Below, piece by piece: positions 1 to 9,224 of a stretch of DNA of 64,000 bases. This stretch comes from an uncultured Gemmatimonadaceae bacterium (GTDB lineage Bacteria; Gemmatimonadota; Gemmatimonadetes; Gemmatimonadales; Gemmatimonadaceae): NCBI GenBank assembly GCA_963781585.1, contig CAWAGQ010000008.1, forward strand, positions 369,756 through 433,755, read 5' to 3'. The notes beneath the pieces were generated by a model. The model had not been told where the DNA came from. It ran no database searches and worked only from the letters and a program-made list of their open reading frames with translations. The translations under genes and the position numbers were made by a program. Every line of letters begins with the position of its first letter. Position 1 is the stretch's first letter.

Positions 1-329
1 TCGGTGGACCTGCGCAGAAACGTGCCGAGGGCGGCCGACGCGAGGAATCCAATTGCGGTGAGGACGGCCGCCTGGCGCAGCGCCAGGCGTGAGACATGGA
101 GCTCGCTGCGGTTCTCCCCGCCGTACAGCCACTGGTACCAGCCATAGAAGGAAAGGACGAGATACACGACCTGGAGTCCCATGTCGGCATACAGCTTCTC
201 GCGGTGGAAGATCAGCGTGTACAGGCCAACGTTGACTATCGCGGTGGGCCAGCTCCAGATATTCTCGCGCGTGCCGAGAAAGACGCTGACCAGGCCGAAT
301 GCAACGGCGCATATCTCGAGCGGGGACAT
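1..329 (-). CDS. pnuC: Nicotinamide riboside/vitamin transporter, PnuC family (runs off window edge)
   Basis: Manual translation from ATG 329: MSPLEICAVAFGLVSVFLGTRENIWSWPTAIVNVGLYTLIFHREKLYADMGLQVVYLVLSFYGWYQW; the NIWxWP, LYADxxLQ and YGWxxW motifs are typical of PnuC. Not in the ORF track. Confidence 0.88.
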   Translation of the reverse strand, partial: MSPLEICAVAFGLVSVFLGTRENIWSWPTAIVNVGLYTLIFHREKLYADMGLQVVYLVLSFYGWYQWLYGGENRSELHVSRLALRQAAVLTAIGFLASAALGTFLRRST

Positions 330-401
330 TGTTGCTGGCAGGATTGTCAGGCGGGCGCGATGCGAAAGTCGTGGAAAGGCGGGGAGGGTGCTGATGTGGG
401 G

Positions 402-890
402 TCAGCGGGGTCCGGTCAGCAGCTGCCGCAGAATGGTTCCGGCGTGCTGCGCTGAATCCGCGAAGTGAACAGCGGCAGTTGCGTCGAGCCGCCGGAAGAA
501 CGAGCGGGTGCCGGCATCGGCAGCCACGAAGACGATCGGACGCCGAGCTCGCAGGGCGTGGGCGGCCTCGACGGCAGTGCCGGGACTCATTCCGCAGACC
601 GCGAGGGCGTCGCTGGAAAGGACAATAACGTTGTTGCGAGCCTGACCCATCGCGGTGACGATGGCCACCGACAGAAAGGGGCTGGCGGCGGCATCGTTTG
701 CATCGGGGAGAATGCCGATCACGGTGCCGCCAGCGGAGCGGGCTCCCCGACTGGCGGCGTCCATCACGCCGCTGGCTACACCACCGTTCACGACAATCCA
801 TCCTTCGCCAGCGGCCAGGGCGCCTAACGTGGCCGCATTTCGCAGGTCGTCGGGACTGGCGCTCTGGCCCGGCCCAACGATGGCCAGCAC
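402..890 (-). CDS. LOG/SLOG-family (TIGR00725-like) nucleotide-binding protein
   Basis: VLAIVGPG...NGG..GVMDAASRGARSAGGTVIGILP...GQARNNVIVLSSDA...PGTAVE. Start placed at GTG 890; the upstream part of the ORF-track call overlaps thx. Confidence 0.8.
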   Translation of the reverse strand: MLAIVGPGQSASPDDLRNAATLGALAAGEGWIVVNGGVASGVMDAASRGARSAGGTVIGILPDANDAAASPFLSVAIVTAMGQARNNVIVLSSDALAVCGMSPGTAVEAAHALRARRPIVFVAADAGTRSFFRRLDATAAVHFADSAQHAGTILRQLLTGPR

Positions 891-933
891 CGGCGCCCGA
901 CCGCGGTCACCCGCGGAACCCGAGGTGGACGCC

Positions 934-1053
934 TCAGGACTTGGGCGGGGGAGTCGGGGGCGCGGGCGCCTTGCGCTTCTTGTGGCGTCTGGTCTTTCCA
1001 TAGCTGCCACGGTTGATCTTTCCACGGCGTGAGCGTTGGTCTCCCTTTCCCAT
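934..1053 (-). CDS. thx: 30S ribosomal protein bTHX (Thx), 39 aa
   Basis: MGKGDQRSRRGKINRGSYGKTRRHKKRKAPAPPTPPPKS matches the Thx pattern MGKGDxxTRRGKIxRGxYGK; GGAG RBS upstream. Confidence 0.88.
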   Translation of the reverse strand: MGKGDQRSRRGKINRGSYGKTRRHKKRKAPAPPTPPPKS

Positions 1054-1399
1054 CGACGAGTCTCCAAGCGGGGGGGGGGTGGGCGAAATTGGCAGCCGCC
1101 TATCGAGTGACTGAGGAACGAGTTGACAAGGTATGGAGTTGAGCGGAAGGCTGGCAGTGGCGATGTCCCGCGCGCGTCTGTTCCATGTTGCGAAACGCGC
1201 GGGAGAAATGTCCTCATTAAAGCGGGCCGCCCGGCTCTCATCGTAAGCGTATGTCATCCAACAAGAAAGACCATGCGGGCCCAGTCGCGGGGTACTACGC
1301 CAGCGGCTGGGACCGTTTTCATGCGGGTGGAATCCCGCCCACGGATCGAACGTGACCGACCCCAGGGTTTCATCAGATCGTGCGCGTCGAACGCCGCCG

Positions 1400-2680
1400 A
1401 TGAATCGGCGGCTCGAGGAGCGCCGCACGCCGGTTGGTGTGCCATCGGCGCCGGTGGGCCACCGGAAGCGAGTGTGCGTGGTGATCGGAACGCGTCCGGA
1501 GGCGATCAAGATGGCCCCGGTGATTACGGAGCTCGAGCGTCACGCCGAGGAATTCGAGACCGTGATCGTCGCCACGGCACAGCATCGAGAGATGCTCGCG
1601 CAGGCGATGTCGGCGTTTCAGCTGCGGCCGCACATCGATCTGGGCCTGATGGCGACCCGTCAGGCGCTGTCGGACTTCACGTCGCGTGCCCTGCTGGCGC
1701 TGTCGAGCTGCTTCACCGAATTGCGGCCGGACCTCGTGCTGGTGCAGGGGGACACGACCACGGTCCTCGCGGCGGCTCTGGCAGCGCGGTATCTGGGCAT
1801 TCCGGTGGGGCATGTCGAAGCGGGGCTACGCTCCGGGAGTCTGCACAATCCATTTCCCGAGGAATTGAATCGTCGGCTGGCGAGCGTGATCGCGGAGCTG
1901 CATTTCGCGCCGACCGAAACGGCGCGCGCCAATCTACTGCGCGAGGGCATTCCGAACGATCGCATTCTGGTGACCGGCAATACCATCGTGGATGCGCTGG
2001 CGCGGATTCCGCGTCGGGCAGGATTTGACGAGCCGCGGCTGAACCTGTTGCCGTGGGTGTCGCAGCGGATGGTGTTGGTCACGGTGCATCGACGGGAGAG
2101 CATCGGAGATCCGCTGCGCGGCATGTGTCGGGCGTTAGGCGCGCTGGCGGATCGATATCGCGACCTGCTGATTCTCTTTCCGGTGCACCTGAATCCGCGG
2201 GTGCGAGAGATCGTGCTCGAGGAGCTGGCGGGGCGGGCGGGTGTCGAGCTGCTGGACCCCCTGAGCTATCCCGACCTGCTCGAAGTCGCACGTCGCAGTC
2301 TGTTTGTGATGACCGACTCGGGCGGGATCCAGGAGGAGTGCCCGTCGCTGCGCAAGCCGGTACTGGTACTCCGCGAAACCACGGAGCGCCCGGAGGTGAT
2401 TCAGGCCGGATACGGGCGTCTGGTGGGGACCGATCCCACGGCGATCGTCTCGGCGGCGTCGCAGCTTCTGGACGATCCTCTGGCACTGGCAGCGATGATT
2501 GATGGGGACAACCCATTTGGCGATGGGCTTGCGGCGGTTCGCATCGTACAGGCGCTGCACCGGTGGGCGCGCGAGGGTGTGACGGCGGGGGCAATTCCAC
2601 GGGTGGTGCCGGGCGTAGGAACCCTGAGTCCGCTGGAGCAGGATCCTGCGGGAGCGGTCCGCAAGGCGACGGCCTTATGA
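1400..2680 (+). CDS. wecB: Non-hydrolysing UDP-N-acetylglucosamine 2-epimerase
   Basis: GTRPEAIKMAP, QGDTTT, GHVEAGLRS, PFPEELNR, VTGNTIVDA, TDSGGIQEE, RETTERPE. Start uncertain (1352-1400). Confidence 0.95.
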   Translation: MNRRLEERRTPVGVPSAPVGHRKRVCVVIGTRPEAIKMAPVITELERHAEEFETVIVATAQHREMLAQAMSAFQLRPHIDLGLMATRQALSDFTSRALLALSSCFTELRPDLVLVQGDTTTVLAAALAARYLGIPVGHVEAGLRSGSLHNPFPEELNRRLASVIAELHFAPTETARANLLREGIPNDRILVTGNTIVDALARIPRRAGFDEPRLNLLPWVSQRMVLVTVHRRESIGDPLRGMCRALGALADRYRDLLILFPVHLNPRVREIVLEELAGRAGVELLDPLSYPDLLEVARRSLFVMTDSGGIQEECPSLRKPVLVLRETTERPEVIQAGYGRLVGTDPTAIVSAASQLLDDPLALAAMIDGDNPFGDGLAAVRIVQALHRWAREGVTAGAIPRVVPGVGTLSPLEQDPAGAVRKATAL

Positions 2681-3495
2681 GAGGGAGGGGACTGGCTGTC
2701 GCTGCCCGACTGGCGATGGTCTCGGCGACGTGTGGCGCGCTCGCCGGGCAGCTGCTTGCCCAGTCGCCCGACAGTTCGTCGGGCCGCAATCGTCGGATCG
2801 ACCTTTCCGTGGACCAGCATCAGGTGAGCCATGGACTGGGAGATTGGCACAGCGCCGAACTGCGTCTGGTAATTCCACAAGCAGCGGGGCGCACCGTGTG
2901 GTATGGGGACGCGTTGTGGCGGCAGGCGTTCCATGACGAGGGTGTGTATGCGTCGGTGGCCGTTCAGCAGGTATTGTCGCGGGACTGGTTCGTCTTCGTG
3001 AGTCTGGGCGGCGGCAGCGGCGATTTCCTCTTTCCGGATCTCCGCGCGGACGCCTCCTTGTCGTACAAGTGGCTCGCCAGCCAGCGACTGGTGACGACGG
3101 TGGGAGGGACGATGGTTGACGCGAAGCGCGGCTATCGTGAAGAGAGCGTCTTTGCGGCGTTCGATGCATATCCAGTGGCGGGGATGGTCCTCGAAGCCGG
3201 AGTCCGTGGGAGCCGGACCTCGCCGGGGGGCGTGGATTCCCAGCGGACGTTTGGCGCACTCACGTTAGGCAGCGAAGGAACCCGCTATGTCACGTTTCGG
3301 GGCTCCACTGGCACCGAGGGATACCAACTACTGGGTCCGAGCACGGTGATAGCCAAGTTCACCAGCCACGAGGGCGCGGTGGGGTGGCGTGAGTGGCTGG
3401 GACGGACATGGGGAGCGCTGGCCCAGGGCGAGTACTACACGAACCCCAGCTATCGGCGGACGGGGGTGACGATCGGTGTCTTCGCGCACTGGTAG
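2677..3495 (+). CDS. YaiO-family outer-membrane beta-barrel protein
   Basis: Signal peptide, alternating amphipathic beta strands, C-terminal YYTNPSYRRTGVTIGVFAHW ending in an aromatic residue; ATGA overlap with the wecB stop. Confidence 0.72.
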   Translation: MRGRGLAVAARLAMVSATCGALAGQLLAQSPDSSSGRNRRIDLSVDQHQVSHGLGDWHSAELRLVIPQAAGRTVWYGDALWRQAFHDEGVYASVAVQQVLSRDWFVFVSLGGGSGDFLFPDLRADASLSYKWLASQRLVTTVGGTMVDAKRGYREESVFAAFDAYPVAGMVLEAGVRGSRTSPGGVDSQRTFGALTLGSEGTRYVTFRGSTGTEGYQLLGPSTVIAKFTSHEGAVGWREWLGRTWGALAQGEYYTNPSYRRTGVTIGVFAHW

Positions 3496-3511
3496 GACGC
3501 CGCCGTATGTG

Positions 3512-4351
3512 ATGATGGCGAAGGGTCGCGAGCGCCTGCTCGCGGAGCTTCGCCGGCGCGGAGCGCGTGGCGGCATCATCGGGCCGCACCGCGCCCTGGT
3601 AAAGGGGCGTCTCACGCCCTGGCGTCTTACGAGCATGGTCCTCATTCCGGTGCTGCTCGCGAGCGGGACGGGATTGCTCCTGGCGCCGCTGAGCGACTGG
3701 TGGACGTGGGTGCTGACACTGCTGCAACGGCCACTGGGTCTGCCCGGCACGGTAGCGCGCGACGCGGTCACGATCGCCGGCCGCTTTTCCTTGGCGGTGC
3801 CGTACTTCACGACAGACGCGCCGCTTCCGGGCCCATCGCACTACTGGCTGGTTGGAGGGATCTGCGCCGTGGCGCTGGGTGCCTCGTTCATCCTGTCGCG
3901 CCGCTTCACACCGCTCATCTATTTCCTGCGCTTCGCGGTGCTGATCCAGCTCACCGCCGTTCTCAATTTCGTGCTCAGGGGAGGCTCCTTTCCCTACGAC
4001 CTCCCCCGATATCTGGTCAGCCTGTTCCACATCGGCGCCGCGGTCCTGATTCTCATGCCACTGGTGCTGGGCTTCACGTACTTCCCGTTCAACATCGCGA
4101 CCTGGCGCAAGGTTCTGGTGACGGCACTCTGCGTGGGCCATATCGCGGTCCTGCTTCCCCTGCAGGTCACGGTGCACGCCTACCTCATCCATCACCTGTC
4201 ACTGCTGGTGATGCCGACCCTGTTCTTCCTCTGGGGGATCCTGCTGCACCTGTTCGTGTTCGTGGCCCTCTACGCTTGGGCGATGAGCTGGCCGGACGTG
4301 ACGCCTCGAGTTTCGGCGCGCGGTATGGCCACATCCACGGGCCGGGTCTGA
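3512..4351 (+). CDS. Polytopic inner-membrane protein of unknown function
   Basis: About 6-7 hydrophobic segments; lies between the barrel and GT2 genes with 16-bp and 2-bp gaps. Confidence 0.75.
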   Translation: MMAKGRERLLAELRRRGARGGIIGPHRALVKGRLTPWRLTSMVLIPVLLASGTGLLLAPLSDWWTWVLTLLQRPLGLPGTVARDAVTIAGRFSLAVPYFTTDAPLPGPSHYWLVGGICAVALGASFILSRRFTPLIYFLRFAVLIQLTAVLNFVLRGGSFPYDLPRYLVSLFHIGAAVLILMPLVLGFTYFPFNIATWRKVLVTALCVGHIAVLLPLQVTVHAYLIHHLSLLVMPTLFFLWGILLHLFVFVALYAWAMSWPDVTPRVSARGMATSTGRV

Positions 4352-4353
4352 CG

Positions 4354-5700
4354 ATGGTCATCACCGTCCTGCTCGTCCTGCTCTACGTTGTGGTCGCGGT
4401 GCTGGTGGCATATACCATCCGCCACTACGTGTTCACGCTCAATCGACTGTTCGGTCGGCAGCGCCAGCCGTACGTGGACGTCACGGAGGCCGATTGGCCG
4501 CAAACGGTGGTGTTCATCCCGTGCCACAACGAGGAGAAGGTCATTGCCGGATCGCTGGATGCGCTTCTGGCGAACGACTATCCGCATGACCGCCTGACGA
4601 TCATCCCGATCGACGACCGGTCGACGGACAGCACCGGTGAGATTCTCCGCGACTTCGCGGAGCGGCACCCGAATCTGGTCAAGCCGGTCTTCCGCAACGA
4701 AGGCCAGGCAGGAAAGGCGGCGGCGCTCGCGGAGACCGGTGCGCGGATTGGTGGCGATGTACATCTGGTGTTCGATGCCGACTACATCCCCGGGCCGCGA
4801 CTGCTCAAGCAACTCGTAGCGCCGTTCTTCGATCCCGAGGTGGGGGCTGTGATGGGGCGTGTCGTCCCACATAACGTGGGTGACGGACTCCTGGTGCGGC
4901 TGCTCGATCTCGAACGGGCCGGCGGATACCAGGTGGATCAGCAAGCCCGCATGAATCTCGGTCTCATTCCGCAGTACGGTGGGACGGTGGGAGGCGTGAG
5001 GCGGGAGGCGCTGGCGAGCGTGGGTGGCTGGCGGACCGATACCCTGGCCGAGGATACGGACATCACCTACCGGCTCTATCTGCGCGGATGGGAGGTCGCC
5101 TACCAGAACCGCTCCGAATGCTATGAGGAGGTGCCGGAGACCTGGAATACGCGCATCCGGCAGATCCGGCGGTGGGCACACGGGCACAATCAGGCGCTGG
5201 GACGCTACCTGGGTGCGCTGTTGCGGAAGCCTCGTCATTTTCCGCTGTCGAGGGCCGCCGATGGCATCCTGCTGCTGGGGGTGTTTGCCGTGGCACCGGT
5301 GCTCCTGTTCGGGTGGGCCGTTGCGATTGCGCTCTACTACCTGGGATACCAGCTGCCTACCGGTGTCCTGGCTGTCCTGATCGTCTCGGCGTTCAGCACG
5401 CTCGGTAATTTCGCGGCGTTCTTCGAGGTGGCGACGGCGACGCGTCTGGACGGCTCGCGGCACCGGGTGCGTCTGCTGCCGTTCCTGTTCTTCGGATTCC
5501 TGGTGAGTCTGATCTCGGTGTCCCAGGAGTCCCTGCGCCAGTTGTTCCGCTGGCCGGGAAAGCGCGCCGTCGTCTGGCACAAGACCGAGCGCTACCGCGC
5601 CAATAACCACGTTGTCTCCGGGAATGGCATGACGAACGGTGCCGTACGGGCGAACGGCGATGCCTTGAAGCGCCGCCCGGACGACGAGGAGAAAGCGTGA
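4354..5700 (+). CDS. Processive GT2 glycosyltransferase (polysaccharide synthase-like)
   Basis: N-terminal TM, IPCHNEE, DDRSTD, GKAAAL, FDAD, LAEDTD, QIRRW (D,D,D,QxxRW), C-terminal TMs and WHKTER tail. Confidence 0.92.
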   Translation: MVITVLLVLLYVVVAVLVAYTIRHYVFTLNRLFGRQRQPYVDVTEADWPQTVVFIPCHNEEKVIAGSLDALLANDYPHDRLTIIPIDDRSTDSTGEILRDFAERHPNLVKPVFRNEGQAGKAAALAETGARIGGDVHLVFDADYIPGPRLLKQLVAPFFDPEVGAVMGRVVPHNVGDGLLVRLLDLERAGGYQVDQQARMNLGLIPQYGGTVGGVRREALASVGGWRTDTLAEDTDITYRLYLRGWEVAYQNRSECYEEVPETWNTRIRQIRRWAHGHNQALGRYLGALLRKPRHFPLSRAADGILLLGVFAVAPVLLFGWAVAIALYYLGYQLPTGVLAVLIVSAFSTLGNFAAFFEVATATRLDGSRHRVRLLPFLFFGFLVSLISVSQESLRQLFRWPGKRAVVWHKTERYRANNHVVSGNGMTNGAVRANGDALKRRPDDEEKA

Positions 5701-6797
5701 GCGCGCTGGTCTTCGCCGTTCTGCTGCTGGGCACCGCGGCGTGGTTCCTTCTGCCACTGACACCGGCGCTCAAGGAACTCCTCCGGCCGAGCGATGCCGA
5801 ACCGCTGACGATGGTCGGGCAGGACTCCGGCGATCTGATGATCTTTGCGGAGGGGTTTCGGAACTATCTGCGGAGCCAGGTTCCGGAAGCAGTCTCGCCG
5901 GGCATGATGATGTCCGGCGCGGCGGATCACCTGCCTGACGGAACGCCGTTCGTCCACGTGAACGGGCGACCCGAAGTGCTTCAGGAGGCAGCAGACGCAC
6001 AGCGGCTCATCTCGCAGCTGGTTCTGGCGAGCGGACCGGTACAACTGCCGGGCGGGGAGACGTTTCTCCTGGAGCTGTACGCCCGCGACACGTTCATGGG
6101 TGGGCCGGGAGCGGTGTACCGCGCGATTCTCGGTGAGAGCGACGTGAGAATCGGCGAAGGATCCACGGTGCTGCGCTGGGTCCACGCCGAGCACGATCTC
6201 ACGATCGGCGACGGGTCGCACCTCTCAAGCCGTGCCAGCGCCGTGGGCGAGATGCGGCTCGGTGAAGGCGTTCGCTTCTCGCGGGTGCGCGCCACACGTA
6301 TCGTCGTGGGCGGTGAGAATCCTCTGCCTCCAGAGATCCCGGCGCCGCTTCTGGCAGGCACCATGAAGATGCCGCGGAGCGCGCGACAGGAGCGGGGATT
6401 CATTCGGGTCGTTGGTGATCTTTCGATTCCTCCTGGTGCATCGGTTCTCGGGACGCTCGTCGTGCGTGGATCGCTGCGGCTCGGCGCGAACGCGCGAATC
6501 TGCGGCAGCGTGAAAGTCCACGGCGCGTGTCATCTGGAGACCGGCGCGATCGTGGACGGGAGTCTTGTCTGTCGTGGTGACATTGATCTCGCGAAGGGTT
6601 GCCGTGTGGTGGGTCCAGTGATTGCCGATGGCGACGTGTGGCTCGGCGAAGGATGTTCGGTCGGCGCACCAGGTCATCCGGCGTCTGTCGTTGGTGCCGA
6701 CGTGGTGTGCGGAACGGGGTCGCAGATCTACGGCGCGGTCACGGCACGGGCGGACGGACAGACCGCCACTGCGCGACCCACCGCGCGCGCTCGCTGA
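5697..6797 (+). CDS. Membrane-anchored beta-helix repeat protein (bactofilin/polymer-forming-like)
   Basis: N-terminal TM, then repeated units of about 17 aa (GDLSIPPGASVLGTLVVR / GSLRLGANARICGSVKVH / GDIDLAKGCRVVGPVIAD); GTGA overlap with the GT2 stop. Confidence 0.68.
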   Translation: MSALVFAVLLLGTAAWFLLPLTPALKELLRPSDAEPLTMVGQDSGDLMIFAEGFRNYLRSQVPEAVSPGMMMSGAADHLPDGTPFVHVNGRPEVLQEAADAQRLISQLVLASGPVQLPGGETFLLELYARDTFMGGPGAVYRAILGESDVRIGEGSTVLRWVHAEHDLTIGDGSHLSSRASAVGEMRLGEGVRFSRVRATRIVVGGENPLPPEIPAPLLAGTMKMPRSARQERGFIRVVGDLSIPPGASVLGTLVVRGSLRLGANARICGSVKVHGACHLETGAIVDGSLVCRGDIDLAKGCRVVGPVIADGDVWLGEGCSVGAPGHPASVVGADVVCGTGSQIYGAVTARADGQTATARPTARAR

Positions 6798-7087
6798 AAC
6801 AACGAACAGCGCGCAGAGCACTGCTCGGCCAGCTCCATCCATGCCCCGCCCGTCGAGTCGTGGACAGGCGGGGGCCACGTCATGGACGCGGATTTGGCGC
6901 GCGGTCACGCGCGACGCACTGGCGCATCCGTCGTGGCATCAGCACCGCAGGAGTTGCGTTGCGTGCGTGCCACACAACGGCGATCACGTTCGCACGCGGT
7001 GAGTTCTGACGCGCAGTCGGGGACTCCATCCGGTGGCGGATTGGTGGTTGCGCATGGCCGCCGGATCATTTGATTTGTCCAATGCCT

Positions 7088-7103
7088 GGGCACAGGGATT
7101 GCG
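7088..7103 (+). promoter_or_regulatory. Putative sigma54 (-24/-12) promoter
   Basis: GGGCAC-AGGGA-TTGCG with GG at 7089-7090 and GC at 7101-7102 (canonical spacing), upstream of the PEP-CTERM gene. Confidence 0.55.
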
Positions 7104-7210
7104 AGCCAGGTCACCGGGTTCGTGTGCGCTTTCGCGTCGAACTCGAGTTGTGTGAGGCGGCGAGGGCGTAAGGCGCGAACAGTCGCCCTGATCGTGCAAT
7201 CGGCACGACC

Positions 7211-8104
7211 GTGATGCGGCACTTGAGGTCTTGTTCCATGCTGACCAAGCGATGTTACCGGGTTGCGCTGTGTGCGACGCTGGTTGCGCCCATCGTCGCG
7301 AGCGCGCAGCGAGTCGTAACGAACGGCGGCCCGTGGGTACCTGACTCACGCGGCTCGTCGGTCTTCGGGCTCATTACCGGCGCGAATCCCCGCTACGGAA
7401 ATGGGTCGCTCCAGCTGAGCCTGACCGGCCAACTGACGGACTGGTCGTGGTTCAACCTGTTTTCGGGGGATCCGTATCTCACTCAGGGGTGGGGGCTGCT
7501 ATCCGACGTCAGCGCCGTGGGCTTTGACTGGTACCGGGTAGGGATGCCGCCGGCTGGTGACGTTCCGTGGCAAGAGCAGACGCCGGCACTCAGGCTCTAC
7601 ATCCGGAGTGGCGATCCGAGCTCCCCGGAATTCTCCGAGCTCGTCTGGGAGCGCTATTACAACGTGGCGAGTCCGACTCCGACCGATCAATGGGTCGTTG
7701 AGAACCTGCTGGCGGACGAGGTTTTCTGGCGATTCGTGACGGGGGAAGGGTACACGATCGCGGACTGCAGCAACCCGTCGACGATCACTCCGGGGATACC
7801 GTTGAAGACGGAGACGCCCGCTGATTGGGGCAACGGGTCGAACTGTTTTCCCTCCAACGCGGTCGTCTACGGGATCGGTGTCGGTCTTGGGAGCAACTGG
7901 CCGTACCCATATGAGGCATTTGTGGACAACGTCCGGCTCGGCTTCGGGGACCAGAATCTGACGGTGTGGGACAACTTCGAGCTGGCGGATGCGAACTCGA
8001 CGCCCGAGCCCGCGTCGCTGGTGCTATTGGCCAGCGCGCTGGTGGGCGTTGGTGGTGGGGCCATGGCCCGGCGTCGGCGTCTCCGGGCGAACGCGCGAGC
8101 GTAG
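7211..8104 (+). CDS. PEP-CTERM sorting-domain surface protein
   Basis: Signal peptide ending ASA-Q; C-terminal TPEPASLVLLASALVGVGGGAMARRRR (PEP motif, TM, basic tail). Start could be ATG 7238. Confidence 0.88.
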   Translation: MMRHLRSCSMLTKRCYRVALCATLVAPIVASAQRVVTNGGPWVPDSRGSSVFGLITGANPRYGNGSLQLSLTGQLTDWSWFNLFSGDPYLTQGWGLLSDVSAVGFDWYRVGMPPAGDVPWQEQTPALRLYIRSGDPSSPEFSELVWERYYNVASPTPTDQWVVENLLADEVFWRFVTGEGYTIADCSNPSTITPGIPLKTETPADWGNGSNCFPSNAVVYGIGVGLGSNWPYPYEAFVDNVRLGFGDQNLTVWDNFELADANSTPEPASLVLLASALVGVGGGAMARRRRLRANARA

Positions 8105-8211
8105 GCCCTTCCGTTCTCATCTCCGCGGCTGGCTCCCGGGCCAGGCTCCGCGCCAGGCTGTCGCGTGCTGCGGAGCGAGCGCTACCGCGCCTAACGATTC
8201 CAGAGACCGAG

Positions 8212-8259
8212 ACGGGCTGCGGCGCCAGGATCCCCGGAGATCCTGGCGCCGCAGCCCGT
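8212..8259. repeat. Perfect 21-bp inverted repeat with 6-nt loop
   Basis: ACGGGCTGCGGCGCCAGGATC-cccgga-GATCCTGGCGCCGCAGCCCGT between convergent genes; no U tract on either side. Confidence 0.9.
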
Positions 8260-8564
8260 GAACGGCGACAACCCAGTCGCCAGCGTACAACGTAAGACGA
8301 ACCACGCATTTGCGCGAGTCCGTGGTGCGGAATCGCGCCGGCATCTCTGCCGTACGGCTGCCACTCTGATGCCGTCCTCCGGTGCGGTGCCCGACCAGCC
8401 GCCGTCGCGATCGCACCGCTACCATGACCAAGGACCTCGGCTGGTGGCGATTTGGTCACCGGTTCACGAGGTGCTCACGACGGTACGCCCCGGCGGCTGG
8501 TCCCGGATGCCCTCCCCGAAGGCAGTGCCTAACGAGGCTGCCGCCAGGCGGGGAGGCGTCGCGT

Positions 8565-9041
8565 CTACTGCAACAAGCTCACCTTGACCGCAAAGGCAAC
8601 CGAATTGACGCCTTGAGCAACCATCGTGGCCGAGATGAAATAGTCGCCTGCAGGGAGACGCTGCGCAGATCCCGGGGGGTAAAAGGCGGAGCCACCTTTC
8701 CAGACAAAGATCTGCTCCACCGTGCCGTTGCTGGGGAGCACCATCTGCGACGGTATCGGAACGCAGTCATATCTGCCGCCCGGTGGCACCACGGTCTGCG
8801 AGGTCGTGTTGCGAATGAACACCTCGATCTGGCACGATGTGGGGAAGAGAATGCGAACCTGATCAGCCGTGGGATTCATGGCGCTCACGGTGATTGTGTC
8901 TGTTGCTCCCGGCGCGAGCTGGCTCGAACTCACACGGATCTGCAGCCCGAATGTCTGTTCCGGCGCTTTCGGAACCGTGCTTTGCTGGACGCAGGCTGCC
9001 GAGACGATAATCAGAGCTGGGACGAACGGACGTCGCGCCAT
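8565..9041 (-). CDS. Lipoprotein with BsuPI-like/Ig-like domain
   Basis: Lipobox VSAAC; ITVSAMNPT...FPTSCQ...C...W...LPAGDY pattern. Confidence 0.62.
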   Translation of the reverse strand: MARRPFVPALIIVSAACVQQSTVPKAPEQTFGLQIRVSSSQLAPGATDTITVSAMNPTADQVRILFPTSCQIEVFIRNTTSQTVVPPGGRYDCVPIPSQMVLPSNGTVEQIFVWKGGSAFYPPGSAQRLPAGDYFISATMVAQGVNSVAFAVKVSLLQ

Positions 9042-9224
9042 GCTTCCATACTACGGTGGATGGGAACGACGCGACACCCATGCGGGGGCCGCACGCACTC
9101 AGGCGCCCCTTGCAACTGCGGGCCCTCGGGGAAAGTTCCGCCAGCAGGACAGGAGGAAGATCCAATTGCTCCCCTCGATGCCTGACACGAGCGCCGAAGG
9201 CCGGCGCGGTAACGCAGGACAGGT

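Noticed and set aside
1070..1079. G10 homopolymer as a phase-variation switch
   Set aside because: Intergenic, not clearly inside a promoter spacer, and homopolymer length is unreliable here.
4354..5700. Calling the GT2 bcsA or pgaC
   Set aside because: No PilZ domain and no bcsB/bcsC/bcsZ or pgaA/pgaB/pgaD context; substrate cannot be read from the motifs.
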